Source of the DNA: Candidatus Sericytochromatia bacterium
GTDB lineage: Bacteria; Cyanobacteriota; Sericytochromatia; S15B-MN24; VGJW01
DNA: 64,000 nucleotides
Assembly: GCA_035285865.1 (NCBI GenBank)
Contig: JAYKHS010000003.1
Location: 128,001-192,000 of the forward strand
Reading direction: 5' to 3'
In this document: positions 9,304 through 19,984 of the stretch, one piece after another
Numbering within the stretch: position 1 is the stretch's first letter
Layout of the letters: every line of letters begins with the position of its first letter
Notes under the pieces: model-generated
What the model saw: the letters and a program-made list of their open reading frames with translations, nothing else
Databases searched by the model: none
What the model was told of the DNA's origin: nothing
Position numbers and translations under genes: made by a program

Positions 9304-9933
9304 CTATCGCCCCATGTTCATCTCGGCCGCGAGAATGATGGCCTCGGCGATTTCCTTGAGGGACTTGCGCTTGTCCATGGACAGCTTCTGGATGCGTCTG
9401 AAGGCTGCAGCCTCGCCGAGTCCGGCCTGCTCCATCAGGATGCCCTTGGCCTTCTCAACCAACTTGCGGGTTTCGAGCGTCTCCTTGAGGGAACGCACCT
9501 CTCCCTCGAGCGTCCCGACTTCCTCTTCGAGCGCCTTCAGCTCGTCGGCCCGCGCAAGGGCGACCTCGATGGCCGGCAACAACTCCGCTTCTTTCACTGG
9601 CTTGACGAGGTACCCGAAGACACCGAGATCCACGGCCTGTTCGACCAGATCGGCCTGAGCCCAGGCCGTCAGCATGATGGCCGGAATTCGGCAGGTCTGA
9701 TGGATGCGCTCGAGTGCCGCCAAGCCGTCGAGCCGGGGCATCTTGATGTCCATGAACAGCAAGTCCGGGCGCTCGGCGAGCGCCACCTCGATCGCGGCCT
9801 CACCGTCCGAGGCCTCGGCCACGACGGTATAGCCGCGCTCCTCCAGCATCTCGCGCAAATCCAGCCGGATCAGCGGTTCGTCATCGACGATCATCACCCG
9901 GATCGGCGGATCGTCGGTTCCGTCAGGCGTCAC
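9304..9933 (-). CDS. ANTAR-domain response regulator (PdtaR/EutV/NasT-like)
   Basis: Receiver domain (VDDE, FMDIKMP, YLVKP) plus ANTAR domain ETRKLVEKAKGILM...AFRRIQKLSMDKRKSLKEIAEAII. Confidence 0.92.
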   Translation of the reverse strand: MTPDGTDDPPIRVMIVDDEPLIRLDLREMLEERGYTVVAEASDGEAAIEVALAERPDLLFMDIKMPRLDGLAALERIHQTCRIPAIMLTAWAQADLVEQAVDLGVFGYLVKPVKEAELLPAIEVALARADELKALEEEVGTLEGEVRSLKETLETRKLVEKAKGILMEQAGLGEAAAFRRIQKLSMDKRKSLKEIAEAIILAAEMNMGR

Positions 9934-11365
9934 GCTCACCCTCCCCCGCACGGTCCTGCATCGGCAACCGCACAAGCACCCGTGTACCCGAACCGTCGCT
10001 GGAAATCGACAAGGTCCCCCGCAGGTCCTGCGTCACGAGGGTCCGGATGATCTGCCAACCCAGCTGCTGGCTCTCGCGCGGGTCGAAACCGGGCGGAAGC
10101 CCGATACCGTCATCCTCGACCTTGACGACCATGTCGCCATCTTCCACCGACAGCACGAGATCCACCCTGCCGCGCCGCCTGCCCTTGAAAGCGTGCTTGA
10201 GGGTATTCTGGACCAGTTCATTCATGACCAACGCCGCCGATGTCGCCGGGGCCGAGGGCAAGGTCAATCGCCCCTTGGGCAGGATGACGCGGGCCGCGAT
10301 GGCCGTCAGCGGGGACGAGACCCCCTGCACGAGCGCCGAGAGCAGGTTGTAGGCCAGATCCTTCATGTCGACGGCCTCAACCTCTTCGTGGGAGAGATAT
10401 TCGTGCACCAGCGCGATGCTGTTGATGCGATCGATGCAGTCGGTGATGACGAGGCGCGCCTCTGCGGAGCTTGTCCGCCGAGCCTGCATGCGCAGCAGCG
10501 CGGCGATGGTCTGGAGGTTGTTCTTCACGCGATGATGGACCTCACGGATGATCGTGTCCTTGACCATCAGCTCGCGTTCCCGATCGCGAACGACCGTGAC
10601 ATCCCGCAGGAGCAGGATCGCACCGACATCGTCATCGGCGGGTTCGAGGGGGACGATGCGCACGCTGAGCACCGCCTGCCGGGCCGTGACCTCCAGATCC
10701 TCCCAAAGCCCGTTCGCTGCAACCGTGCGCAACTCGCCGCGTGCCGGCAGGGTCACCTGCCATGGCTCGCCGTCCTCTGCTGCATTGAAGCCGAACCGCC
10801 TGGCCAGCGGCAGCACCTCGGGCGCCGCATGGCGAATGACTCCGGCCTGGCTCACGATCAGGACGGCATCGCCCGGAGCCGGCGGCTCGAGCACCTCGTC
10901 AAGCAAGCGTGCGCGAGCGACCAGGGTGGCCACCAGACGACGGATGGCCAAGCGGGATCGCGCGACACGTTCCGGCGCATGGCCCAGTTCGTCGAGCAGC
11001 GAGCGTTCCAGAACGCAGACGCCAGCCATGCGGGGGCCGATCCGAATCGGGAAGGAGAGCTGGTGACGGGGGCGGCCTGCCACGACCCGGCCCTGGTCCC
11101 CCTCGGTCACGGAGCCGCTGCGAATCGCGTCCCAGACACCCCGTTCGACGGCCTCGACCCGCTCGCCCGCCCGGGGCTCGGGCCGGAAGCTGGGCGCCCG
11201 GACCGGACGGGCTTCAGCCAGCACGCCCCAGTCGCCATCGTGCAGCGGCACGCCCAGCCAAGCATCCGCAGCCAACACGTCAGCCAGGAAGGGCAACTGT
11301 CGCGCGAGGCGCTCGAGCCACAGCCGCTCCGATTCGGTCGGCTGCCAGCCCTGAAGCACCTCCAT
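9923..11365 (-). CDS. HisKA_2 sensor histidine kinase (PdtaS/EutW-like)
   Basis: Motifs REVHHRVKNNLQ, NELVQNTLKHAF, DDGIG and LGWQII. N-terminal LPFLADVLAAD GAF-like region. Overlaps the response regulator. Confidence 0.9.
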   Translation of the reverse strand: MEVLQGWQPTESERLWLERLARQLPFLADVLAADAWLGVPLHDGDWGVLAEARPVRAPSFRPEPRAGERVEAVERGVWDAIRSGSVTEGDQGRVVAGRPRHQLSFPIRIGPRMAGVCVLERSLLDELGHAPERVARSRLAIRRLVATLVARARLLDEVLEPPAPGDAVLIVSQAGVIRHAAPEVLPLARRFGFNAAEDGEPWQVTLPARGELRTVAANGLWEDLEVTARQAVLSVRIVPLEPADDDVGAILLLRDVTVVRDRERELMVKDTIIREVHHRVKNNLQTIAALLRMQARRTSSAEARLVITDCIDRINSIALVHEYLSHEEVEAVDMKDLAYNLLSALVQGVSSPLTAIAARVILPKGRLTLPSAPATSAALVMNELVQNTLKHAFKGRRRGRVDLVLSVEDGDMVVKVEDDGIGLPPGFDPRESQQLGWQIIRTLVTQDLRGTLSISSDGSGTRVLVRLPMQDRAGEGERDA

Positions 11366-12576
11366 CAGGCCGTGCCCGGCGTTCCGAGCCTGACGAAGCG
11401 ACGCTTGCCGGCCTGCAGGACCATGCCCGTAAATTCCGGGCCGACGATCTGCAGCGGGTCGGAAAGGACTTCGGCAGAACCTTCGTCGCGATGACGCCGG
11501 ACGCCGCCCTGGGTCACGAGGCGCCGAGCATCACTCGTGGTCGTCGCCAGACCAAGCCTGACCAGCAGCGGAGCCAGCTGCGCGCCCGCCGACCACCCGT
11601 TCGCCACGGGTATGTCCACCGGCAGGGCCCGCTCCTGGAAGCGCCGGACGAATGCGGCCTCGGCAGCCTCGGCAGCCTCGGCCCCATGAAAGCGAGCGAC
11701 GACGGCACGACCGAGCCGCATCTTGGCATCTCGCGGATGCAACGAACCGACCTCCAGCGCGGCACAGACCTCACGCACCTCGGTGGCGGTCCGAGCGGAG
11801 GCGAGCCTCCACCAGTCGGGCAGTGCCGTATCCGGCACGGACATCACGCGCCCGTACATGTCCTCGGCCGGGCAGGTCAGCGGAATGTCGTTGCCCAAGG
11901 ACTTGGACATTTTCTCGTGTCCGTCGGTCCCGACCAGCAGACCGTAGGTCACGCACGCCTGCTGCTGCTGGCCCGCCGCAGCCTGCAGGTCTCGGCCGAC
12001 CAGCAGGTTGAAGCGCTGGTCATCCCCGCCGAGCTCCACGTCAGCACGGATCTCGACCGAGTCCTGGCCCTGCAGCAGCGGATAGAGCAACTCGTGCAGA
12101 CCGATGGCATCCCCGCGGGCGTGGCGCCTCGCGAAGTTGTCTCGGGCCAGCATCTGGGCGACGGTTGCCTGGCCGAGCAGGCGCAGTACGGCCGCCAGAT
12201 CCATCTTCTCGAGCCAAGAAGCATTGTGATGAATCTCGGCCTTGTCGAGATCGATCATCAGACCCAGCTGTTCCAGATAGGTCCGGGCGTTGCCGGCCAC
12301 CTCACCAGCCGTCAGGGGTGGGCGGGCCGCCTCCTTGCCCGTCGGATCGCCGATGCGGGCCGTGAAGTCGCCGATGATCAGGACAACCTGATGCCCCGCC
12401 TCCTGGAAGCGCCGAAGGCCTTCGAGGACAACGGCGTGACCGAGATGCAGGTCCGGTCGCGTGGGGTCGAAACCGAGCTTGACACGCAACGGCTTTCCGG
12501 TGGCAAGCAAGGCCTCCAGCCTTCCGTGGGGGAAGGCCTCGACCGCACCCACCAGCAAATCGTCCAGAGCGCCCAC
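11365..12576 (-). CDS. tyrS: Tyrosine--tRNA ligase
   Basis: Motifs KLGFDPT..DLHLGH (HIGH), YPLLQGQD, ELGGDDQRFN and KMSKS, plus an S4-like C-terminus. Start is uncertain (GTG 12576 or ATG 12609/12612). Confidence 0.95.
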   Translation of the reverse strand: MGALDDLLVGAVEAFPHGRLEALLATGKPLRVKLGFDPTRPDLHLGHAVVLEGLRRFQEAGHQVVLIIGDFTARIGDPTGKEAARPPLTAGEVAGNARTYLEQLGLMIDLDKAEIHHNASWLEKMDLAAVLRLLGQATVAQMLARDNFARRHARGDAIGLHELLYPLLQGQDSVEIRADVELGGDDQRFNLLVGRDLQAAAGQQQQACVTYGLLVGTDGHEKMSKSLGNDIPLTCPAEDMYGRVMSVPDTALPDWWRLASARTATEVREVCAALEVGSLHPRDAKMRLGRAVVARFHGAEAAEAAEAAFVRRFQERALPVDIPVANGWSAGAQLAPLLVRLGLATTTSDARRLVTQGGVRRHRDEGSAEVLSDPLQIVGPEFTGMVLQAGKRRFVRLGTPGTA

Positions 12577-12743
12577 TGCCCCTCCCGCCGGACCATGCCG
12601 CCGCGTCATCATATAGGAAGCACGCCCGCCGGCGGCAGGGCGACCGAGCGCGTGTCCCGCCATGGTATAAGAGGAACGGCGCGGCCCTCCCCGGACGGGC
12701 CAGCATCCCTACACCCGCAGGCTTCCGACGAGGGCATCCACCA

Positions 12744-13877
12744 ATGGTGATGGAGAAGGTGATCAACAAGGGACTCGAAGGGGTCGTGATCACGGCCAGT
12801 TCACTCACGAGCATCGATGGCCAAGTCGGCAAGCTGATGTATCGCGGCTACCTGATTGGTGAGCTGGCCGAGCACGGCACCTACGAAGAAGTCGTGTGGC
12901 TGCTGCTCAACGGCGAGTTGCCGACAGCAGCCCAGCTCGAAGCGTTCCGTAACGAACTCGCCGACCAGCGCACCGTGCCTGACGGCATCGTGCAGATGCT
13001 GCGCATGCTGCCCAAGGGCGCCGATTCGATGGCCGCCCTGCGGACCGCCGTGTCGATGCTGGCCTTCTATGATGGCGAGGCTGAAGACCTGTCCGCTGAA
13101 GCCAATCGCCGCAAGGCCATCGCCCTGACGGCCAAGATGGCCACCATCGTCGCGGCCTTCGAGCGGGTCCGCACCGGCCACGAGCCCGTCGCCCCCCGCA
13201 AGGACCTTTCACACGCCGCGAACTTCCTCTACATGCTGACAGGCCAGGAGCCTGACGAGACCAGCGCGCGAATTTTCGACATCTGCCTCATCCTGCACGC
13301 CGACCACGAGATGAACGCCTCGACCTTCTCGGCTCGCACCACGGCGTCGACGCTGTCGGACGTCTACTCGGCCATCACCTCGGCCGTCGGCACCCTCAAG
13401 GGTTCCCTGCACGGCGGCGCCAACGCCCGCGTCATGGAGATGCTGCAGCAGGTGGGCGGCCCGGAGAACGCCGAGACCTGGATCAAGGATGCCTTGGCCA
13501 ACAAGAAGCGCGTGATGGGCTTCGGTCATCGTGTCTACAAGACCGAAGATCCTCGCGCCACCGTCCTGCGGAAGCTGTCCAAGGAACTCGGCGAGCGCCT
13601 CGGGACCCCGCAGTGGTACCAGATCAGCCGGACCGTCGAGCAGGAGGTCCTGGCCCAGAAGAACCTCTATCCCAACGTCGACTTCTATTCGGCCTCGACC
13701 TACTTCATGATGGGCATCAAGACCGACCTCTACACCCCCATCTTCGCCTTGTCCCGGATCGCGGGCTGGACAGCCAACCTGCTCGAACAGTACGCCGACA
13801 ACCGTCTGATCCGTCCTGACTCGGACTACGTCGGCCCTCGCGAGCGGTCATACGTGCCGATGGGGCAACGGGGCTAG
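12744..13877 (+). CDS. gltA: Citrate synthase (short, about 377-aa type)
   Basis: Motifs KGLEGV, LHADHEMNAST, LHGGAN, GFGHRVYK and PNVDFYS. 2-methylcitrate synthase activity cannot be excluded. Confidence 0.9.
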   Translation: MVMEKVINKGLEGVVITASSLTSIDGQVGKLMYRGYLIGELAEHGTYEEVVWLLLNGELPTAAQLEAFRNELADQRTVPDGIVQMLRMLPKGADSMAALRTAVSMLAFYDGEAEDLSAEANRRKAIALTAKMATIVAAFERVRTGHEPVAPRKDLSHAANFLYMLTGQEPDETSARIFDICLILHADHEMNASTFSARTTASTLSDVYSAITSAVGTLKGSLHGGANARVMEMLQQVGGPENAETWIKDALANKKRVMGFGHRVYKTEDPRATVLRKLSKELGERLGTPQWYQISRTVEQEVLAQKNLYPNVDFYSASTYFMMGIKTDLYTPIFALSRIAGWTANLLEQYADNRLIRPDSDYVGPRERSYVPMGQRG

Positions 13878-13898
13878 GACGCGGAGACCGGACCGACG

Positions 13899-14378
13899 AT
13901 GGACGACATCATCAGCCGTGGCGTGCAATGCGCCGTGGACCTGCTGCCGCGTGCACCATGGCCGGCCCCGCAACTGGCCGAGGACGAACTGCCCCGCCCC
14001 AAGAAGGCCCGTACGGGTCCGCTCGGAAAGGCCGAGGCGGCCCTCGTCGAGGCCCCCGCGTGGCTCCGCGCCTATGAGCGTGCCCCTTGGGCCGAGACGC
14101 CCGAGTACCGTGAGCGCATCGAGCGCGAGACCATATGGCCACTCTATGACCTGATCATCATCACGCCTTCGATGGACAAAGTTGCTGCCCTTGCGGAGGC
14201 ACTTTCGGACGCACTTGGCATGGACGGCAAAATTGCCGAACGCATGGCGGTCGCGGCCGTCATGAACCCTGTCCCGGCAATGATTGCCGTCCCGAAGGAG
14301 GCGACGGACATCGTCCGCAAGCGGCTTGCCGGCCTCGTGCGCACAGAAGTCCCCAGAAGCGTCTGGGACAAGCTGTAG
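13899..14378 (+). CDS. Hypothetical protein
   Basis: 159-aa ORF starting 21 nt after gltA, preceded by GGAG. Composition looks like a real protein. Confidence 0.7.
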   Translation: MDDIISRGVQCAVDLLPRAPWPAPQLAEDELPRPKKARTGPLGKAEAALVEAPAWLRAYERAPWAETPEYRERIERETIWPLYDLIIITPSMDKVAALAEALSDALGMDGKIAERMAVAAVMNPVPAMIAVPKEATDIVRKRLAGLVRTEVPRSVWDKL

Positions 14379-14398
14379 GCTAACCCTGACGCCGGATC

Positions 14399-15526
14399 TC
14401 AATCGAGGTCCGGCGTCACCTCATGCAACAACTGCATGCCGTAGTCAGGGATGAAGTAACGCAAGCGGACATTCGCGGAAGCCAATGCGGGATGGTCGCT
14501 CGGTTCTCGGCTGCCAAACTCGCGATGTACGGCGGCGAAGGCCTCCGGGAAGAATGCCACGAGCTGCGGCGGCAAGACCAGCCAGAGCTCTTCGAAACCG
14601 GACCAGAAGGCGGACTTGGCCTGAAGCTTGCGCCTGAAGGCTGCGAAGGGGTCCTGGTCACCTGCGGCTGCCCCCACCAAGGTCTCGATCTCGACCCAGA
14701 CCCTGTCAGCCACCCACAGGTCGGGATATCGGAATTCCTGGAAAGCCATCAACCGCTCGGGATCCTGGTCCACCCCGGACTCGAGCGCCGCATCGAGCGC
14801 GAGATTGTCCCTGGCGGTCTGGCCGATGAAGTCGGCCTGCGGGGGCATCAGCTTGCGGAAGCACGTGATGGCCTCCTGCGGAAAACGTGCCTGCAAGGTC
14901 CTGTAGGCGATGAGCCTTGCCGTCAGGATGGATTGCGGTTCGAGGCCGGCACGCCAATGCGTCGGAGGCCATACTCTGGCCGCGGCGATCTGGGCGAGTG
15001 TCGCCTGCCGTTCGAGCTCCTTGAATGCGTAGCGCAGCGTATCGAGGGCAAAGCCATCGAGGCGAGCCGAAGGCATGCCCAGCGAGAGCTTGAGCAAATC
15101 GACACAGGCTTCGACCTCTTCGGTCGGCATCTTGACGGTACTGGCATAGCGCGGACGGCAGCGAAAAACGTACGGATAAAGGTTCTGGAACTTCTCGTAT
15201 TGCCGCATGAACGGCTCGAAGTCGCGCGAGTCCGGAACCATCGGAAAGACGTTCAGCAAAGCGACCTCGGGCAACTTCCCGGAGGACTCGCGTTCGACCA
15301 TGATGGACTGTTCCCCGTGAATCTCGAAGGCCGGGGTCGGGTCCTCAGGGAACAGCGAGAGACGCCATTCCATGATGGGCAGCAGATACTTGACCAGCAG
15401 CAGGTGCCACGACTCGGCCTCCTCCACGAACAGATAGAGGATGGGATCGCGCTGCGAACAGGCGGCCTTGAAGAGTTCGACCTGACGGTCGCCGCCGAAG
15501 TCGAAAAGCCGGGTCAGCAAGTCCAT
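14399..15526 (-). CDS. Hypothetical protein with possible C-terminal PD-(D/E)xK-like nuclease motif
   Basis: Real coding part of ORF 14399..16165 starts at MDLLTRLF; the upstream part is antisense to mdh. Contains RYPDLWVADRVWVEIET. Confidence 0.7.
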   Translation of the reverse strand: MDLLTRLFDFGGDRQVELFKAACSQRDPILYLFVEEAESWHLLLVKYLLPIMEWRLSLFPEDPTPAFEIHGEQSIMVERESSGKLPEVALLNVFPMVPDSRDFEPFMRQYEKFQNLYPYVFRCRPRYASTVKMPTEEVEACVDLLKLSLGMPSARLDGFALDTLRYAFKELERQATLAQIAAARVWPPTHWRAGLEPQSILTARLIAYRTLQARFPQEAITCFRKLMPPQADFIGQTARDNLALDAALESGVDQDPERLMAFQEFRYPDLWVADRVWVEIETLVGAAAGDQDPFAAFRRKLQAKSAFWSGFEELWLVLPPQLVAFFPEAFAAVHREFGSREPSDHPALASANVRLRYFIPDYGMQLLHEVTPDLD

Positions 15527-15550
15527 CGTGCTTAGGAGCGTAGCGCATGA

Positions 15551-16572
<1,022 letters not shown>

Positions 16573-16573
<1 letters not shown>

Positions 16574-17814
16574 TGGCGCCGAACGGAGCCGGGACAGCAG
16601 CAGAAACCGTCCCGGCCGCAGAGCGACTGCTGGTACTGGGGCTGTCCGCCCTCCAGTTCGTGCATGTCCTCGAGTTCATGATCGTGATGCCTCTGGGGCC
16701 CGACCTCGGTCGGGCCCTTGGCGTGCCTGCCGAGAAGCTCGGGGTTTTCGGCGGGGCCTACACGCTGGCCGCATTCATCGCCGGCCTTGCAGGCAGTCTG
16801 GTGCTCGACCGCTTCGCCAGGCGACAGGCCCTATTGTGGAGCGGCGTCGCCATGGTCGTGGCCACGGCACTGTGCGGCCTTGCGACGAATGCGGCATCCT
16901 TCCTCACCTTCCGCATTCTTGCCGGAATCGCCGGAGGCCCTGTCACGGCGCTTGCCGTGGCGCTCGTGACGGACGTGGTACCGCTGCAGCGGCGCGGCCG
17001 AGCCATGGGTACCTTGCTGGGTGCCTTCTCGGTCGCCTCGATCCTGGGAGTGCCGGCAGCCCTCGTGATTGCAAATGTCGCCGGTTGGCCAGCCCCGTTC
17101 TTCGCAACGGCCGCGCTCGGCGCCATCGTCCTGCCTCTGGCCATGCGCGGCATACCGGGCTCCGCCGCCCCTGCAGCCCGCTCTGCCGTGGCTGTTCTCG
17201 CCAGCTTTGCCGCTCTCGTCCGCAGGCCCGAGGCACTCGCGGGTCTCGCCATGACCTTGGCGGCATCGGCTGGCAGCTTCGCCCTGATTCCCAACCTGTC
17301 TGCCTACATGCAGCACAACCTCGGGTTGCCCCGCGCCGATCTTCCCGGTGTCTACCTGCTTGGCGGAATCCTGACCTTCGTCGGCATGCAGATCACGGGT
17401 CGCATCGTGGACCGCATCGGGGCCCCTGGCCCGGCGTGGGTCATCACCACGGCATTCGTCGGCCTGATGGCCGTGGCATTCCTGCGCGAGCCGACCGGCT
17501 GGCCGCCGGCGCTGGTGGGTGCCCTCTTCATGTTCTGCAACGGCACCCGCGTCGTGACCACGGGGACCGTGAGCACCCGGATTCCACGTCCGGAAGAACG
17601 GGCCGGATTCTCATCCCTCCAGTCTGCCGTCCAGAACCTTGGCTCGGCACTGGGCGCCGCCGTGGGTACCCTCTTCCTCGCCAGCAGGCCGGATGGCGGG
17701 CTCACGGGAATTCCGAGCCTGACACTGCTCACCATCGCCCTCGCCGTCGCGGTCCCTGCCCTCCTGACGTGGCTGGACCGCCGAGTGGGCAAGGAACTCG
17801 TCAGCCTTCCTTGA
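16573..17814 (+). CDS. MFS transporter (DHA1-like)
   Basis: About 12 hydrophobic segments, motif A-like GSLVLDRFARR, RRGRAMG and GRIVDRIG. TGA/ATG overlap with mdh. Confidence 0.85.
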
Positions 17815-18283
17815 GGAAGCGTTCGCGGACCCGCGCCCGGTAGCGCACCTCGGAAGCCGCCCACAACTGGAATCCCACGGCAGCCAGCAGTACCACCACG
17901 GCCCACGTCGCGAGATTCAGCAGGCGAGGCTCGCCCGTCACGACGGCTCCGGCGGCCGCACCCACGAGCACGAGCACCATGACGGTCCACAGCGCGCCGT
18001 CCGCCTGACGGATCGCTCCCGATGCGAAGACATCCTCAAGCCCACCGGTCGGCTGCCTGGAAAGCTGGACCCGGGCCTGTTCCGCACGCGGTTCGGGCAA
18101 CCGACCCCAAGGGGGATCGCCAATGCAGGCCAGGCAAGCCTCCTCGAGCGATGCCTTGCGCAGCCGCCGGATCATCTGCTGGCTCAAGACCGTGCCTGCC
18201 GGCAGAAAGATCGCGCGGGATCCCGGATCCCGTAGCGGCCGGACCAGCAGCTGGCCGGGCGTGAGCGGAGAGTCCTCGGTCAT
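17801..18283 (-). CDS. Hypothetical two-TM membrane protein
   Basis: 160 aa. N-terminal LTPGQLLVRPL...FLPAGTVLSQQMIRRL motif followed by two C-terminal TM helices. Confidence 0.65.
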   Translation of the reverse strand: MTEDSPLTPGQLLVRPLRDPGSRAIFLPAGTVLSQQMIRRLRKASLEEACLACIGDPPWGRLPEPRAEQARVQLSRQPTGGLEDVFASGAIRQADGALWTVMVLVLVGAAAGAVVTGEPRLLNLATWAVVVLLAAVGFQLWAASEVRYRARVRERFLKEG

Positions 18284-18290
18284 GCCCTAC

Positions 18291-18318
18291 GGATCGGCAC
18301 GCAGCAGGCCAACCTTTA
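18291..18318 (-). promoter_or_regulatory. Candidate sigma28-type promoter TAAA-N16-GCCGATCC
   Basis: Close match to the FliA consensus, 7 nt upstream of ATG 18283. Confidence 0.35.
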
Positions 18319-19923
18319 GGTTGCAAGCGTCTCCGTGGGGGAGGCACGCAAGGCATCACCAGGCTCGAAGACCTGCACGGCAGCCTGCTTGCCCTTGACG
18401 GGCAGAACGCCTCTAGGAATGCACTCCACCCGGCCCTGCACCGCATCGGCCGTCGCCCGGTCCACCAGCGTCGGGGCACCGACTTCCTTCGTCAGGCTCT
18501 CGAGCCGAGCCGCGGTATTCACGACATCACCAATGGCCGTGTACTCCATCCGCTCCAAACTGCCGATGTTGCCGACGACGGCATCGCCGCTGGTAATGCC
18601 GACACCGATGGCAAACTCGGGCAGCCCACGCTCACGCTGCTGGTCGTTGAAAGCGCCTAGCGCCCGATGCATGCGCTGCGCGGCACGGATGGCAGCCAAC
18701 TCGGGCCGCGAAAGTTCGACAGGTGCCCCGAAGAGTGCCATCAGGCCATCTCCGATGAACTTGTTGACCGAACCGCCTTCCTCGGTAACCGCCTGGACCA
18801 TCAGTGCAAAGTACCGATTGAGCGAATCCACCAGCGCCTCGGGGGACAGCCGCTCCGAGATGCTGGTGAAAGAGCGTACGTCCGAAAACAGAACGACGAC
18901 CGGCTGCCGATGCACGCCCAGCGCCGTCGAACCGCGCCTCGCGGAGCGCGCGATTTCTGGCGACGTGTAGCGCGACATGGCATCTTCCAGGCGTCGCCTC
19001 TCGTCGAGGCCTTCGGCCATGTGGTTGTACTGGTAGGCCAACTCCCCCAGCCTGTCGCTGGATTCGATCGGCAGACGAGCGTCGAATCTTCCCGACTGGA
19101 CGAGTTCGATGCCTCCGGCCAGACGCTCGAGCGGACGGCTGAGGTTATAGCGGATGAGTACGGCAAAGACGGCACTCAGGAGGATGGAGACCGCGAGGAG
19201 ATAGACCAACAGCGGCATGGTGCTCTGCGGCGGCCGGCCATCCGACAACTGATGACCGAGCAGTACCATGGCCATCCCGAACCAGTAGGGACCCACAAAA
19301 AGGATGGAAACCATCACACGCCCGCGGACGGAAAGCATCCAGCCCGACTTGTAAGGTGCGGGGTCCTCGCCGTCAAGCAAGGCCGCGATGACCGGACGCA
19401 TCAGGATGTCATAACATAGCAAGGCCACGACGCCCGTCAGTGGACCCACCAGAATCCCGCCATAAGCCAACTCGGGTGGGGGTTGCTCGCCGGCAAGCCG
19501 AACAGCCCACGAGATGACCGGCGGATAGACGAAGGTCCAGGTCAGGACACTGCCGATGGCCGAGCGATACGGAACGGCAAAGGCGACGTGTCGCGCACGC
19601 TCGAGTGCGGACGACTCTGTCACCAGCCCGCGCTCCAGTTGCAGCAGGGCATCGCGCAGGGGTGCCGACCAACGCTTGACTGCGCCAATGATGACGCCGG
19701 ACAGCACGGCAAAAGCCCCGGCCAGAGCCAGCAGTGCAGCAAAAAACACGCGCGCGCGCCAACCGTCCGTCACGGCGACGTAACCGAAGAGCAGAAGGGT
19801 TGGCAGCACGCCGGAAATCAACCTGCCCGCAAGCGGCAAGCGTCGCTCCGCCAGCTCCCAGATGCCCGCGGGCGTTCGATCCACGGCACGCAGCAGGCCG
19901 GTCTGCCCACGAAAGAGATTCAC
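18316..19923 (-). CDS. Membrane class III adenylate cyclase (about 6 TM + HAMP + cyclase domain)
   Basis: Motifs LFSDVRSFT, NKFIGDGLMALFG (Lys indicates ATP specificity), YTAIGDVVNTAARLE and VKGK. HAMP segment RPLERL...DRLGELAYQYNHM. Confidence 0.9.
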   Translation of the reverse strand: MNLFRGQTGLLRAVDRTPAGIWELAERRLPLAGRLISGVLPTLLLFGYVAVTDGWRARVFFAALLALAGAFAVLSGVIIGAVKRWSAPLRDALLQLERGLVTESSALERARHVAFAVPYRSAIGSVLTWTFVYPPVISWAVRLAGEQPPPELAYGGILVGPLTGVVALLCYDILMRPVIAALLDGEDPAPYKSGWMLSVRGRVMVSILFVGPYWFGMAMVLLGHQLSDGRPPQSTMPLLVYLLAVSILLSAVFAVLIRYNLSRPLERLAGGIELVQSGRFDARLPIESSDRLGELAYQYNHMAEGLDERRRLEDAMSRYTSPEIARSARRGSTALGVHRQPVVVLFSDVRSFTSISERLSPEALVDSLNRYFALMVQAVTEEGGSVNKFIGDGLMALFGAPVELSRPELAAIRAAQRMHRALGAFNDQQRERGLPEFAIGVGITSGDAVVGNIGSLERMEYTAIGDVVNTAARLESLTKEVGAPTLVDRATADAVQGRVECIPRGVLPVKGKQAAVQVFEPGDALRASPTETLAT

Positions 19924-19984
19924 CTCTCGAACATACCCCGGTCAGGCACCCCTGAAGATATCGTGACCCTGCTCGGCCCCGCAC

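Noticed and set aside
12577..12743. T-box leader for tyrS
   Set aside because: The gap is short, is shared with the divergent gltA promoter, and has no T-box (GGTGGNACCGCG) motif or terminator.
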